The notes under the pieces: generated by a model
What the model was told of the DNA's origin: nothing
Database searches by the model: none
Seen by the model: the letters and a program-made list of their open reading frames with translations, nothing else
NCBI GenBank assembly: GCA_965603825.1
Contig: CBFDEM010000040.1
Span: forward strand, 744,001 to 808,000
DNA from: Blepharisma stoltei ATCC 30299
Lineage: Eukaryota > Protista > Ciliophora
Direction: 5' to 3'
Length of the DNA stretch: 64,000 nucleotides
Translations under genes and position numbers: made by a program
Shown: positions 47,769-60,863 of the stretch, piece after piece
How the letters are laid out: each line of letters starts with the position of its first letter
Position numbering within the stretch: position 1 is the first letter of the stretch

Positions 47769-49994
47769 ATGCATGACCCAAGCTTCCCAAATTTAAATAA
47801 AAAAAGAGCTGCAGCCAGGTCAATTACTGCTACCAATAGAAGGAATTCAAAGAAATCGAACAGCATATTCCTCAATTTAAACGAAATTTCAGCAGAAATT
47901 GTAAACACTGACCCATCTATAGAGATGAGTCCAGTTGCGTTTTCAAGTTCTCCATATAAAAAATATTCTGAATTATTTTGTAATTCAGAGCTTACCAGAC
48001 TTGATAAGGATCTTGATAAGTTCGAAATTGATTTAGAAAGTTTTAAAGCAGCTGATATTAGGGATTTTAAGCTGATCAGTCAAGTTTTTGAGAAATATCA
48101 GGAGTATATGGAAAATCTTGCAATTTGTGCTAAACAAAAAGATAATACGCTTGGAAATTGTATTATAAGAGGAGTTATTGGTTATAAAAAAGCATATCAT
48201 AATATCAAAAAACATTTAAAAAATATCGAGTCTTTTAAAAAATCAGAGAAGCATAACTCCAAAGAAGACTGAACCCAAACAGGAGCTTTACCGCTGAAAA
48301 TAATCGAAAAAACAAATGGAGGAGAAACCCCTGACCTCAATTTTCTCAAAGAACTAGGCGAAAAACTGCAAAACCTCAAATTCACCACAATCACAAGCCA
48401 GCTGTGAGACCTCTATGACTCATTATGCCAAATGCATACTGATGTCCCAAGCCCCATAGAAACCCCTGATTTTATGAAATTTGACGCCCAAGAAAAAGCT
48501 AAAGAGCTTGAAATCGGAGTTGCAAATTTAAAAAATGATTTAAAAATTAAATTTGAGAATGAAAGGATTAAAAAAGAAATTGAAGTCGCAGAAAAAGAAT
48601 GCCAAGCTGATTATATTGGATTAGAGCATAGAAAAGGATCGATTTTAGAAGGTATGCTGGAGAAAAAAGAATTAGAATTTCTCAAAATTAAGCGCAAGCA
48701 CGATTTTCTCCTTGAAGACAAAAAAAAGCTTGAAGAACAAATAAAGCTTAAAGACTCCAAAATCCAAGAACTGACTGAAGCTCTCGGCCTTAATGAAATT
48801 GTTGTTCTAAAAGTAAAAATAACTGAAATTTCCAATGAATTGAGATCAGAAAAAATCATAAATGAAATAGCCAAAGAAAAACTCGACAAAAATAAAATAG
48901 TCATAAGCAATTTAAAAAAAGAAAATGAGGGCTTAAAGATCAAACTTATAGGGAAGAGAAATAAAATTCAGCGAATAAAAGAGGATTATTTCCAAAAAAG
49001 TGTGCTATGGAGGATCGCTGAAGAAAAAAATAAGCAAATTGAAGATGCATGGTATCAACTTAATGGGAAAAAATTCGTATATATTGGAATTGATAGCGAT
49101 GAAATTATTAAAAAATATGGCCTTGAAAAAGCTAGGGAAAGCGATGAAGAAAGGATCGAAGGGTCAATTGTGAATTTTAATGAGAAAAAAGGAAGTAGAA
49201 ATGGATCTTATTCTCATCAAAAGGCAATGACGAATAGGAGCAGAGGAAGATCGACTTATTTGGATGAAAATTTAGAGGAAAATGATGATCCTAAAAGGAT
49301 TAGAATGAGGCAGGCATCTAAAAATGAAAAATTGTCAAAAAATTATGAAAAAGATGATATGAATAGAAGTTTGGACGAAAAAAATAGTTTGCTTCATGGC
49401 CATAGGACAGGAGATTGTGGGGAAATATCAAAAAAATTTTCAACTGAATTAGAGAGATTGAATGAGCTTTTAGAAAAAGCGGAAAAAGCATTAGTAATTA
49501 CACTAGATAAGGAGCAGATGATTTTATTTCAAAAATATAAAGATCTGCTGGGGTTAAAAGACAGTCATTACGATAGCTTCAGCGAAAACCTGAAAGCCAT
49601 ACTAATTCATGAATCACAGAATTTTGATAGCTTGCCTCATGTTGGCAAAAGTAAAAATCCTTCTACGTTAAAAAGCAAATTAAAGAAAACTTTTTTGACT
49701 TCTGAAAACCTAAATAAAACTTTGCCACATCCTCCCAAAATTAACTTAGAAGAAATTCTTGAAGAAGAGAAAGAAGGGAAAATTCCTTCTTGCTTAGTAT
49801 CAATTTTTAATAATAATGCAGAATACCAAGCTCTTTCCCCCACCTCTAGAAAGTTAATAAACCAGTGCATGAAAGACCACGACTATAAAAAATGTGGCCC
49901 AGACTGTGAGCACTTAAAAAGAGCTATGGCAATAAAAATAAAAATTATTGGAAAATTGTATCCTTTAAAAAGGATGACCATTGATTTTGATTAG
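47769..49994 (+). CDS. Long coiled-coil protein with C-terminal H..C...C.HL motif
   Basis: ORFs joined via TGA=W at 48270 and 48404. Confidence 0.75.
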
Positions 49995-50124
49995 GTCTAT
50001 GCTATAAAATTATTATAATTCTTTATATATTTATAAGTCCCCGATACATGATAATATTTATAAATAATATATTGAATCACCCTATATTAATTTCTTTAAT
50101 TTATTGTTGCGAAAATTCGCAAAC

Positions 50125-50703
50125 ATGATAACCATTTTAAAAAAGCAAGAAATGATGTCAATTTGTGGTATCAAGAGAGCTATCCATTCTTTTGACCAAA
50201 AATTCTGTAGCATAGTCAACAGGCATACACAAGCCTGGGGAGTATTTCAATACATCATGGCTCTCTTTGCTAGTGCCTTCAACAATAAGCAGGCATTACT
50301 TCTATGGGGTTGTGTACTTTGGTATTTGCCTTTAAACCCAGCATCAATTTTTGCTTGCGTGGGATTACCTGCTCTGACCCTCATTCTTACCTTGATTTCC
50401 AAAAAAGTTATTTCAAGGCCTAGGCCAGAAGCCTGCTCGAAGAGAACAGAAATCCTAAAATACAATCTGAGAGGAATAGAAAAAAACCATTCAATGCCAT
50501 CTGGAGACTCTGCACAAGCTGCTTTATTCTGGAGCTTCTTACACCTTAACTTTGAATTTCCATTGTGGGTTTGCTTTATTATGACGGTCTCAACTATGTT
50601 TTCGAGAATTTACTATATGTGCCATTTCCCTTCAGATACAATAATTGGGGCAATTCTTGGGACTTCGCTGGCTATAATATATACTAATCATATAATGATT
50701 TAA
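50125..50703 (+). CDS. PAP2-superfamily lipid phosphatase-like protein (C2 motif PSGD), paralog of 24491-25066
   Basis: KKVISRPRP, HSMPSGDSAQ, SRIYYMCHFPSD. ATG 50125 matches the paralog start. Confidence 0.85.
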   Translation: MITILKKQEMMSICGIKRAIHSFDQKFCSIVNRHTQAWGVFQYIMALFASAFNNKQALLLWGCVLWYLPLNPASIFACVGLPALTLILTLISKKVISRPRPEACSKRTEILKYNLRGIEKNHSMPSGDSAQAALFWSFLHLNFEFPLWVCFIMTVSTMFSRIYYMCHFPSDTIIGAILGTSLAIIYTNHIMI

Positions 50704-50820
50704 GAAAATACCATTATTTGATAATTATTAGCCAATTAATACAATACTTGCATTTAAGATTGCTGGAAGAATCAATTATTTCTCAAACTTCCAATTGAAT
50801 CAATTTGTATTAAATTAATT

Positions 50821-51903
50821 TTACTTGACTCTTGTGCACACCATTTCACTTAAACTTTCTAAACTCTCTTTTACTTCTGAATTGGGCAGAAGTTCTTTCA
50901 AAGGGCCCCAAGCTTCATCTTTCAGTCTAATCGCCATATTTTTGGCATAATCAATTGCATCGGTGCTGTTTATTATATCAAGCGCCTCATTAACTAATCC
51001 TATATCATTTGTATGCATAGCTAAAATCTCATTAAGCCTTTCAGCTTTATTCTTAGACTGCGAAATAGCTCTTATTATTATCAGCGTTTTTTTGCCTTCT
51101 GTAATATCTTCACCCAAAAAATTTCTCCCTTCTTTATATACTGGGCTTACAAGATTTAGTATATCATCCATAATTTGAAAAGAAACGCCTATTTTTTCAG
51201 CATAATGTATAAGTGCGCTAGAAACTGCATCATCGTGGCCGAAATAGCTTAATGCAAATTTCACTGACATTCGGACGAGGACTGAGGTTTTATTGAAAAC
51301 CATACGATAATATTGTTCTTCTGAAGGAATATAAAATTTATTATTATTTCATGATATATCAGTGCATTGTCCTAGATGCAGCTGAAGCATTTCTTCACTA
51401 TAAGTTTTCAGGATTTTTTCTTTACGTGTAATATCAATTGCCAGATCATGAATTATCCTTAGAGGAAGAAAATACATAAAATTCCCACAGTTAAGTGCAA
51501 TGTCAAGTCCATATATTTTATAAGTACTCGGGAGCCCTCGTCTTTTTTCGCTTTTGTCTTCAATGTCATCACATATTAATGAAGCATTATGTATAACTTC
51601 AATAGAATGTGCCAGCGGTAAAATTTCTCTAGGATCATGCTGGAAAATGTCAGCAGTTAAAAGACATAAAGACCCTCTCCACATTTTTCCCCTTCTATCA
51701 AGGATATTATATGAAGGCTCACATATGCTTTTTGAGATGCTGGTGATATCATAATCATTTGAAGGGAAATCAATCAGTTTTGATAATTGAGAATGGTGAT
51801 TTAGGGTTCGAGGCAAGTACGCTTCTAAGAAATCAGAGCTGCTGAGCATATCTGTGTACTTTTTGAGAGCTGAGGAATAGAAGCGCTTGATATGATTAAA
51901 CAT
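50821..51903 (-). CDS. trans-prenyl diphosphate synthase (GGPPS/IdsA-like) with probable mitochondrial leader
   Basis: GKMWR, DDIED..RRG, GQ..D, KT, FQIMDDILN, EDITEGK.T. TGA=W at 51349. N-terminus MFNHIKRFYSS. Confidence 0.9.
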
Positions 51904-52049
51904 TTTTATATTGCGATGTATAAATATAATAGAAAAATAAGATGATATTGGTTTGGATTTTTATTTATATAAGAAATGAGCATAATTAATTTATTTTTCT
52001 ATTTAAATATATTCAAGTTTTATAAATAATTCTAAGACATTTATAAACA

Positions 52050-52520
52050 ATGTCTCAAACTGTAAAGCATTCCCATATAAAAAACTACTACAAGATCAAA
52101 CCAAGGATGCAGCTTTGTTTTACTCCTTCAAATAATAGAGCGGTGGTTTCTAGTGCATCAAATCAATCAAATGCAATCAACACTGAGAGTCACCAAACAA
52201 TCTCTTCTTTTGCAAAACTTGCAAAAAATGAAAATACGATGATTTTTGAGCGAAATGAAGACGTTATGAAAAGAATTTATTTAAATCATAAAATACACAA
52301 AAAACCATTGGAGTTACTACCTAAAAAAATAAATTATAGGCTATTGACCATAGAGAAGCCACTTTTAAATCGAACAAAAATTCAAGATACCTTTGACTTG
52401 AATTTATCACAAAAAAATGAATTAAAAAAGAGATGCAGGTCGACTTCCCAAGAAAAAAGAAATTCTTTGAAGTACAGTTTGCTGACGCCTTTGAGAAAGA
52501 ATAGACTAGAAGTTTTGTAA
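52050..52520 (+). CDS. Hypothetical basic protein
   Basis: 156-aa ATG-TAA ORF between AT-rich spacers. Confidence 0.55.
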   Translation: MSQTVKHSHIKNYYKIKPRMQLCFTPSNNRAVVSSASNQSNAINTESHQTISSFAKLAKNENTMIFERNEDVMKRIYLNHKIHKKPLELLPKKINYRLLTIEKPLLNRTKIQDTFDLNLSQKNELKKRCRSTSQEKRNSLKYSLLTPLRKNRLEVL

Positions 52521-52707
52521 CTTTAATTTTTATCAATTTTAATTGAAAAATCGTCGTTATTTTAATTTATTGTTAATTTATTCTATTTAGTTCTAATTTC
52601 TTATCCAGAAAAATTTTCAACAAATTCTTGTAGATGGAAAAATATGATAATATTAGTAAGAATTATTCTATAATTTAGCCTTGTGTAAAATATTATAGGT
52701 ATATATA

Positions 52708-53832
52708 TTACAGCTCTTTTTTATTTTCTATAATTTCACACTTTTCTAATTCTTGGAGCTTCAAAAACTCTTTTGCTGGGGTCTTAGCAATATGTAAGAA
52801 ATTAATAATAACAGGCGTCAAGTAGCAGTGTATTACCCCGCAGCAATAATGAAGAGTGCATATCAATAAAATTCTTCAAAAATCGTCTGTGAATTTTATT
52901 ATCAAAATATCAGAAACCTTCATTGTACCCATGATGCCGACGTTGAAAAACATTGACAAAAAAACTAACCCATAACTAAATTTCGGTTTTTCCTTTTCTT
53001 TAAGTATAAAAAGTCCCATAATCATCCCAGCTACTAAACACACCAAAGCTGCATCTGTAAAATTTTCATATACAGCATCATTAACAGTTAGCTCATTTCC
53101 ACATTGGACTTGAAAATTAATAGACCATGAATCATTTCATTTACTTTTCCTATAAAATGCTGTTATAATTGACGCTGCTATAAACCCAATCATTATTATA
53201 TGACTCTTTATTACTACTGATATATCATTTGGTATCTTATATATTCAAGCATAAACTTTTGGATGTAAGACAATACTAGCCACTAATCCAGCAAAAATAT
53301 ACCCTAAAATCACTTGAAAATAAAAATGAGCACCAAGAAAAATTCGATCAATTGCAGTAATCATTAACCCGCACAGCATTATCATCACTTTTTTTGAATT
53401 TTGATTTCCTGACCTGAGCCACATTATTCCCAGTACCAATAATCCAGCTCCTGCAGATAAAGCATGCGCAGAAGGCGTCCCAAAATCTTCAGGGCATTGG
53501 ATTCCTTTTATTTCTGAATATTTCCAAAATGGTCTTGGGTGGCCGAACAAAATTTTAAGAAATCCTGACAGTGCAACCCCGAAAAGGGACGCAATAAGTC
53601 CTATTAAGCCAGTTTCCCTATTCCCTATCAGATAAAGAGTCCCAGCTATCACAATGCAGCAAACGCTAGTAATCTCTCCTATAATTTCAAAAAAAATATC
53701 AAAAATCGGGTTTCTAAAGGACTGCATCCATATTGTTAAATCCCTGCTTGACTCTTCCAGCCTCTCTTGTTCATAAATTTGCAAAAAAGTCAGAAAAACC
53801 GCTATAAGACTTATAAGGAAAACGCAGCCCAT
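52708..53832 (-). CDS. Multi-TM PAP2 phosphatase, glucose-6-phosphatase-like
   Basis: KILFGHPRPFW, C..DFGTPSAH, DRIFLGAHFYFQVILG. Extends through three TGA=W to TAA 52708. Confidence 0.8.
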
Positions 53833-53861
53833 TTCTGCAACTAAATAATTTTACCTTAAAA

Positions 53862-54653
53862 ATGCAGCAGCATTTTTTCCATTTCGGGACTGGAGATCCT
53901 ATAATCTGACTGCATGGGTTTCTAGGAAATGGGCTGAATATAAGTGGGCTGGCAAGAGGAATTCATGGGAGTCATTATTTATTGGACGCAAGAAATCATG
54001 GGAGATCTTTTCATTCTTTAGGGATGGGTTATGATTTACTGGCAAAAGATTTGTTTGAGTTTATGGATTTGCATGAGATTAAATATGCGTCAATTGTAGG
54101 GTATTCTATGGGAGCTAAAACAGCGATATACGCAAGTGGGCTGCAGCCATGAAGATTTAATAAAGTAGTCGTAATTGATGCTGCTCCTGTAGATTACACA
54201 AATATTCTTACCAGTCACTATGAAAATCTGTATTCTTATTTGTATTTTATGAAAGACTTGAAATTAGAAGGCAAGCATAGAAAAGAATACGAAGAAGAAA
54301 TTGACAAAAAATTCAAAAATCCTATCATCACAAGCTTAATTTCGTCTAATTTGAGGATGAATGGGGCAAATAGCTTTGAGTGAAGAGTAAATGTGGACTA
54401 TTTAATTGAAGGACTCAAAGAAATACCAAAATGAGAGGAAAATGACAGAAGCTTTGATGGCCCAGCTATGGCTATTGTTGGGGAAAAATCAAGGCACACA
54501 TGTGAGTTCCCTGGAATTGATGTGAAAGATTTGTATTCTAAATATTTGCCTGAGTTGCAAATAGAAGTGATTTTAGGGACTGGGCATTACTTGTATATAG
54601 AAAAAAGCAAAGAAGTTCAAGAAGCATTGAGTGATTTTCTCAGTAAATTCTAA
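53862..54653 (+). CDS. alpha/beta hydrolase, ABHD11/YbfF-like
   Basis: LHGFLG, DARNHG.S, GYSMG nucleophile elbow, IDAAP, TGHY. Four TGA=W. Confidence 0.85.
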
Positions 54654-54809
54654 TGAAGGCATTCCTAGGAAAAAATAAACATAACAAATTTTATCAATAT
54701 AAAAACTAGCACTAAATAATTAATATGTTAGATTTTATTTATTCAAATTCTATAATTAAAAGAATATTGATTTATTCAACTTTTAATAAACTATTTGCAA
54801 CCAAAAGAC

Positions 54810-55238
54810 ATGAGCAAGTTCAGGAAGCCGATTTTTACCACAAATCTAGATCCTTATGACGCTGTCGTTCCGAAGCGTCCACAAACTACTCAGTCAAAGC
54901 AGAGAAAACACCATAGCAATTTCCAAAAAATCAAAATTCCACCTTTGAAGCTAAAAACAAGTGAATTTTGATATCCTCAGAATAAAACTAAAGACGAAAT
55001 TTCTCCTACATCATTATTCGAAATTAATGGATTCGTGCTACCGATTTTGAGTATGAAAACAAATTCTAAGGAAAATCATAAAAAGTTGCAAAAATCAAGG
55101 CCTTTCTCATCAGCACAAATAACAAGCCCGGCTCGAAAGTCAATGGAAAGGATTTGGAAAGCCTCACTTCAATCTAACAAATCCTACTTTAGGATGAAAA
55201 ATAGAATTGATTCCGAAGGGTGCTTAATGGAAAAATAA
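54810..55238 (+). CDS. Hypothetical basic protein
   Basis: ATG 54810 is in frame through one TGA to TAA 55238. Confidence 0.55.
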
Positions 55239-55713
55239 ATTTGAGAATAACACTGCGATGAATTCAATTGAATAGAATAAATAATTAATATCAATATAAA
55301 ACTCCAAAATATCTTAAACTGGGAACTAAAAATTTTTGATGACAATACAAAATTTTGCAGAGTAAAAAATGGATAATGTTACACAACGTTTGCTAATATA
55401 TCAATTATACGTCTATCAAATAAAATAAATACAGAAAATGAGCAATCACTACTATGCATTAATATGAGAATGATTTTTCAAACTCCAAAAAATAGAAGAA
55501 AAGCATACAAAAGGAGAATAAGCTTATTTTTTCTAATTGTGCAAATCAATTATTCACAGTTTATTTTTTTAATCAAAAGCATCTATATTTAATAGAAATC
55601 TTGAAAATAATTTATTATCTAAGATTTAGCTTAAATTTTTTCATGTCTGGATTATCTATCACGTCATTATTTTACTTGCAAAATCTACCATAATTTCCAT
55701 AAAAATAACTTCA

Positions 55714-57183
55714 ATGAAAGATTTAGAGAACTCTTCCAACAAACCAAAATCTTCCTTTGGAGCAATAACTGGCTTTTTATTTACTGTTAGTGTAGTAGTG
55801 GGAGCAGGAATTCTCAGTCTTCCCTATTCCTTCCGCATGAGTGGGTGACTTCTCTCAGGTCTCTATACAATATTTTGCTGCTTACTCTGCTACTACTGAG
55901 GCAGGCAGCTGGTAGAAGTCATGAGCCGCTGTGAAGCCCTGATTCAGCTGCGTGACAACAACCATAATCTCTCAAGACCTTCATTCCAATCAGTTATTTT
56001 TGGATCAAAGTCTAAAAATGAGCTGGAGTCTCGGTTAATTTCACATGAAGAGTACCCTCCTGTTATAACAGACCGCAGAGTCGACCTATGTGAGATGATC
56101 AATATTTTATTTGGAAATTTTTGGAAAAGCGCTTATATGTTTATTTTTTGGGTTTTAGGAATTTTAAGCTTGGTAAGCTATGCAGTAATCTTTGCAAGCT
56201 CGCTGACGTCAAATCTTGATATTGGATTGATGGATCCATGCAATATTTATGAGTCAGTTGGGTTTTTTAATGATTGCAGAAGCTCCTATTGGATTTATTT
56301 AGTAGTTTTTTCAGTAATTGTGACTTATCTTACAATTATAGGTATGAGAGAGTCAAAATACATACAAAACGCTATGATTTGTGGAACGCTATTTAATTTA
56401 TTATTATCCACAATTTTAGCTATAATTAGTCTTATTGTAGGAAAAGACATAAGCAGCGATGAACCTTCTAGGCCTGAAGATTTTAAAGTTGCTGACTATA
56501 TGAATGTAGGTGTTAGCTTCCCTATAATTTTATTTGCTGCGATTTATCACGCATTCTTGCCAAGTATTTTAGAAAATGTTGAAAAAAAGCCAAAAAGTAT
56601 CCAAAATATTTTAACAAGGGTCCTGGTGGCCTCACTTATCATCTATATGATGGTAGGCCTTATTATGCCTGCTGCAATTCCTGACGTAAAAGGCTTTTTT
56701 AACATAGATTTCAGAGAATATTCAGCTGGGTACTCCCAAAGCGAGAGACCATGGTGGACTTATCCTATAGCATACTTTATTGTCTTATACCCTTCTATAG
56801 GAATTTTATCGAATTTCCCATTATTAGCTATTGCAGTTTCTCACAACTTAACCACCTATTTTTATGGAGTTGTCGAGCATAAATCAGCCAGGCTAGGGGA
56901 TTATGCAATAAAGCTCTCCACAGTGTTTTTACCAATTGCTATTGCATTTTATGAATACGACTTAGTAATTTTTACATAGGGAAATGTCACATCTTTTGCA
57001 GGGCTTTTCGGAATTTTAATGATCCCAGTCGCTATCCCACTTATGCATTTGGCAGCTCGTGAAATGCTCCCAGGAAAGTCCATTTACGATTTCAAGTTTG
57101 CGACGCGGCCACTTTCATTATTTATCATAGCTTTCCATATAGTGATTTTGGTATTTCAGATATATAAATATATCTTCCCATAA
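55714..57183 (+). CDS. Amino-acid transporter (AAAP/SLC38 fold, TMEM104-like)
   Basis: VGAGILSLPYSF..SGW(TGA), many TM helices, YH..LP, SNFPL.AI. Intron 56965-56979. Confidence 0.85.
56965..56979 (+). other. 15-nt intron GTAATTTTTACATAG
   Basis: Phase 0, removes TAG, adds the final TM helices. Confidence 0.9.
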
Positions 57184-57238
57184 GTTATTTAAGTTTCACT
57201 TATTTAACTACTGGTAAATAAGGATTTATCAATATAAA

Positions 57239-59067
57239 TTATGAACCATTTTTCACCATATTAGAAAACTCTTCGCCTGTTAAGGTTTCTTTTTCAACTA
57301 AAACGCTGGCAATTCTCTGAATCAAGTCTTTCTGGGTCCGAAGCTTCTCGAGAACTCTTTTGTAGCTGTCGTCGAGGATTTCTTTGACTACATTGTCGAT
57401 CATGTCTCTTTGCTTGAGCCCTTCGCTTCGGCCTCCTCATTGGTTTCTTAATGCGTTAGTGTCGACGAGGCCTGTTTTTTCGTTGAAAAGTCCTCCTCTT
57501 ACGTGATAGTAAGCAATCTGTGTAGAATTTGATAAGTCGCTGGAGCAGCCTTCAGTCATTCTTTGCTTCCCGAAGAATAATTCTTCAGCTGCTCTTCCAC
57601 CCATTGCGACGTCAATTTGTGCGAGGATTTTGTTTCGGCTTTCCATAAAGGTATCTTTTTTAGGCAGCTGCATGGTAACACCTAGTGCATGGCCTCTGGG
57701 GAGTATTGTAATTTTATGAAGAGGCTCAGCTCCTTCTGACAAAACAGCTACCAGTGCATGTCCTACTTCATGTAGCGCTGTATTCATTTTTTCTTCAGGT
57801 GTAAGCACCATCGTCTTTCTTTCCACTCCCATCAGAATCCTGTCTCTTGCTACATCTACATCATGGGCTGAGCAGATTTTTCTCCCTTCCTTAATTGCAT
57901 TCAGCATCGCTAAATTCACCAAATTCGCTAAATCAGCCCCCGTCATCCCTGCAGTTCCTCTTGCAATAATGCTTTTATCCACACTTTTATCGTAAAACAC
58001 TTTTGCCAAATATAGTTCTAATATTTCTTCTCTTCCTTTTATATCAGGCAATGGAACATCAATTACTTTATCAAACCTCCCAGCCCTTTTTAAAGCATCG
58101 TCTAGCTCTCCAGGCAGGTTTGTGGCAGCTATAACTAAGATGTTTTGATTCGGGTCAAAACCATCCATTTCTACTAGTAGCTGATTCAAGCTTTGTCTGT
58201 TGTAGTTCTGGCTTCTGTTTCGGCGGCTTGAAGCTAGCGCGTCAATTTCATCGATAAAAACTATGCAAGGAGCATTTTTTTTAGCTGTTGCAAATAATTC
58301 ACGAACCCTTTTAGCGCCGAGGCCAACAAAGACTTCTTCAAAATCTGAGCCTGAGGAGTAAAAAAATTTTACCCCTGCTTCTCCAGCTATAGCTTTTGCT
58401 AGAAGAGTTTTCCCAACACCTGGCTTCCCTGTTAAAAGTAAGCCCTTAGGCATTTTTGCACCGATTTTTTCGTATTTTTCCATATGTTTAAGGTAGTGTA
58501 CGATTTCTTCTAGCTCAGCTCGGCACTCATCAATCCCTTTTACATCGTTAAAAGTATAAGGGCTGTTTTCTGCAATAATTATATGTGATTTTGCCTCAAA
58601 AATGTTAACTCCAGGATTTCCGTAAAATAAATAAATAAAGGAGCCTATGACAAGTAGCGTCAGGCCGTTACTGAACGTGAAGAGGTTCGACCATTTGGAT
58701 TTTTCCCATATTTCAACGTTTTTGACTAGAAGAGGGTTTTCTTCTGTGCCGACTGCGTAGGCGCTTCTATCTCTTTCTTTTTTTGCTTCTTCTTCGCGCC
58801 AATCAGAGTCATATTCTGCATTTTCTTTGGCTTTTTTAGGCTGAGCGCTTTTTTCTGGAGGTTTATGGGAATCTATGAGATTTAATACAGACTTGGCATG
58901 GAGATATTGATTTCTTATGCTAGGGTCATCTTTGAGTTTTCCAGGCAAATCTTCATAGAGTTTGATGGTTTCTTCAAATCGCAACTCTCTATTAAGTTTC
59001 TCTAAATAAGGCATACTCTCAAAGTCTGTCAGTCAGTTCTCAGGAATCTCTGCACAAGTCTAAGCAT
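57239..59067 (-). CDS. YME1: Mitochondrial i-AAA metalloprotease (YME1/FtsH family); 5' end uncertain
   Basis: [25 protein letters not shown] (ALKRAGRFD), HEVGH, GGRAAEE. TGA=W at 57437 extends the frame to TAA 57239. Confidence 0.9.
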
Positions 59068-59199
59068 TTATAACCATATTTTAAATTTAGTTCTAAGAAA
59101 AGCTCAGCCGATTGCATAGGCAATTATTTGGGACTGCTAAGGAATATTAATAAATGATTGTGAATTTTAAAGTTTAGATTTTTATTAATTTTTTAGAAA

Positions 59200-60789
59200 A
59201 TGAACGCAAATTTATCATTTCAAAAACGCCAAGTTGAAAGAAAAACTGTATCTATTGTAAAAGCTTCACCTCAGGACAGGATTTTTGCTAATTCTTATGG
59301 CAAACTTCAAAAGCAGTACCAAAAACTTACTGAGAAATACGAGGAAACCCTTGAAGATCAACGAGAATTAAAATCTAAATTAGAATACCAAGAAAAAGAA
59401 CTAGCTAAAAATAAAAAAGCGCTAGAAAGGGTTGTAGATGATAAATGCAGTTTAGAAGAGAAACTAAATGAAAGCAAAGCTTATATACGAAAGCTCGAAA
59501 ATAAAGTGGCAATGGGCCTAAAAGGCAATGGAGATCTCCCTAAAACTGAAAGGCTTATATATTTAAAGGACCAAAAAAGCAAGCTCGAAGAAGAAAATTA
59601 TGAGCTTAATGAAACCATTGAAAAACTCAGAGATCATATCATAGTTCTCAGCAAAGCACTTGCTCTAAAATCCAACGAATTTGAATTAGCCGGGGATATG
59701 AAAACAAGCCTCCTATATGATGTTGGGCAATGCAGACTTGACATTGAAAGATCAGAAGAACGAGAAAAGAAATGACTAGAAAACAATGAAAGACTCCAAA
59801 CCAGGCTAGATGCAGCATTAGCTACTATTGAAGAACTAAAAGTAATCAGAGAAAGCAACACTGAAGAGCTATCACAACTAGAAGAAAAAGTGGCTATGCT
59901 TAAAAGCGAAAAAGAAAAGCTAGTCGAGGTAATTTTTATATAGAAAAACAAAGATTTATCTGAAGAAAAGCTTTCTCTATTAGAGTATGTAGAAGAAATT
60001 AACATGGAGCGCAGAAAAACTGAATATTCAATCCCAATAGAAAAATTTAACAAAAATATTATTGATTTGGAACAAAAAATCTGCGAAAAAGAAATCCAGT
60101 GTGAAGAATTGTCATTAAAATATGACCAAGCTTTAGAAACAATAAAAGAGCTTGACAAAGAAGTAAATAGGCTTAGGAAACATTTAGATGGTCTTATAGG
60201 AGAAAATGAAGAAATTGCCCAAAATGAATTGGTAATTTTTAATTAGCGTGCCCGGCAGACTTTTAACGACTATGAAAGAGAAAACGAAGAATTGCTGAAA
60301 AAGATTGAGTCAAAAGAAGATAAAATTATGAGTTTGGATATCGAAAATAAAAAATTATTTTCTGAGCTAGAAGAAGCTCTAGAGAAGATAGAGGAATATG
60401 AAAACAAAATTGGGGAAATTAGAGATAATGGAGGAATTACAGAAAAAATGCTGAAAGAGCAGATGGAAAAAACACTGGAAGACTTAGAAAGGCTTGCTGA
60501 AGAAAGGGACCAGCTGAAAGAAGCTATGAATGAAGCTATAAATAAGTGTGCGAATAGCTTGATAAAACAGCAGAATATGGAAAAAGAACAACAAAAAACG
60601 CAGAGGCAGGTTGAAAACTTGATTTCTTCGAAAGGGCTGCTGCAGCAGACAATGGTTGAGCAAGTAAATTCTTTACGACAACAAATAAATAAAGTTAAAG
60701 AGGAAAAAGATGATTTATTAGAAGAAATGGAAAAGCTTGCTAAAGAAAACAAAGAGCTGAAAGAGCTATTAGATCTTGAGCAGCAATAA
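59200..60789 (+). CDS. Coiled-coil protein
   Basis: TGA=W at 59773 plus introns 59929-59943 and 60232-60246 give one frame. Confidence 0.8.
59929..59943 (+). other. 15-nt intron GTAATTTTTATATAG
   Basis: Phase 0, removes TAG. Confidence 0.9.
60232..60246 (+). other. 15-nt intron GTAATTTTTAATTAG
   Basis: Phase 0, removes TAG. Confidence 0.9.
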
Positions 60790-60863
60790 TTTAATGTGTT
60801 TTAAAACAAAAAGCATGGATAAGTCCTCTTATTTTCATATCGAATTTAATCTTATTAGCTATT

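Noticed and set aside
262-60789. Mass pseudogenisation or selenocysteine as the explanation for in-frame TGAs
   Set aside because: The TGAs sit at conserved Trp, not Cys, positions in essential genes that have no other lesions.
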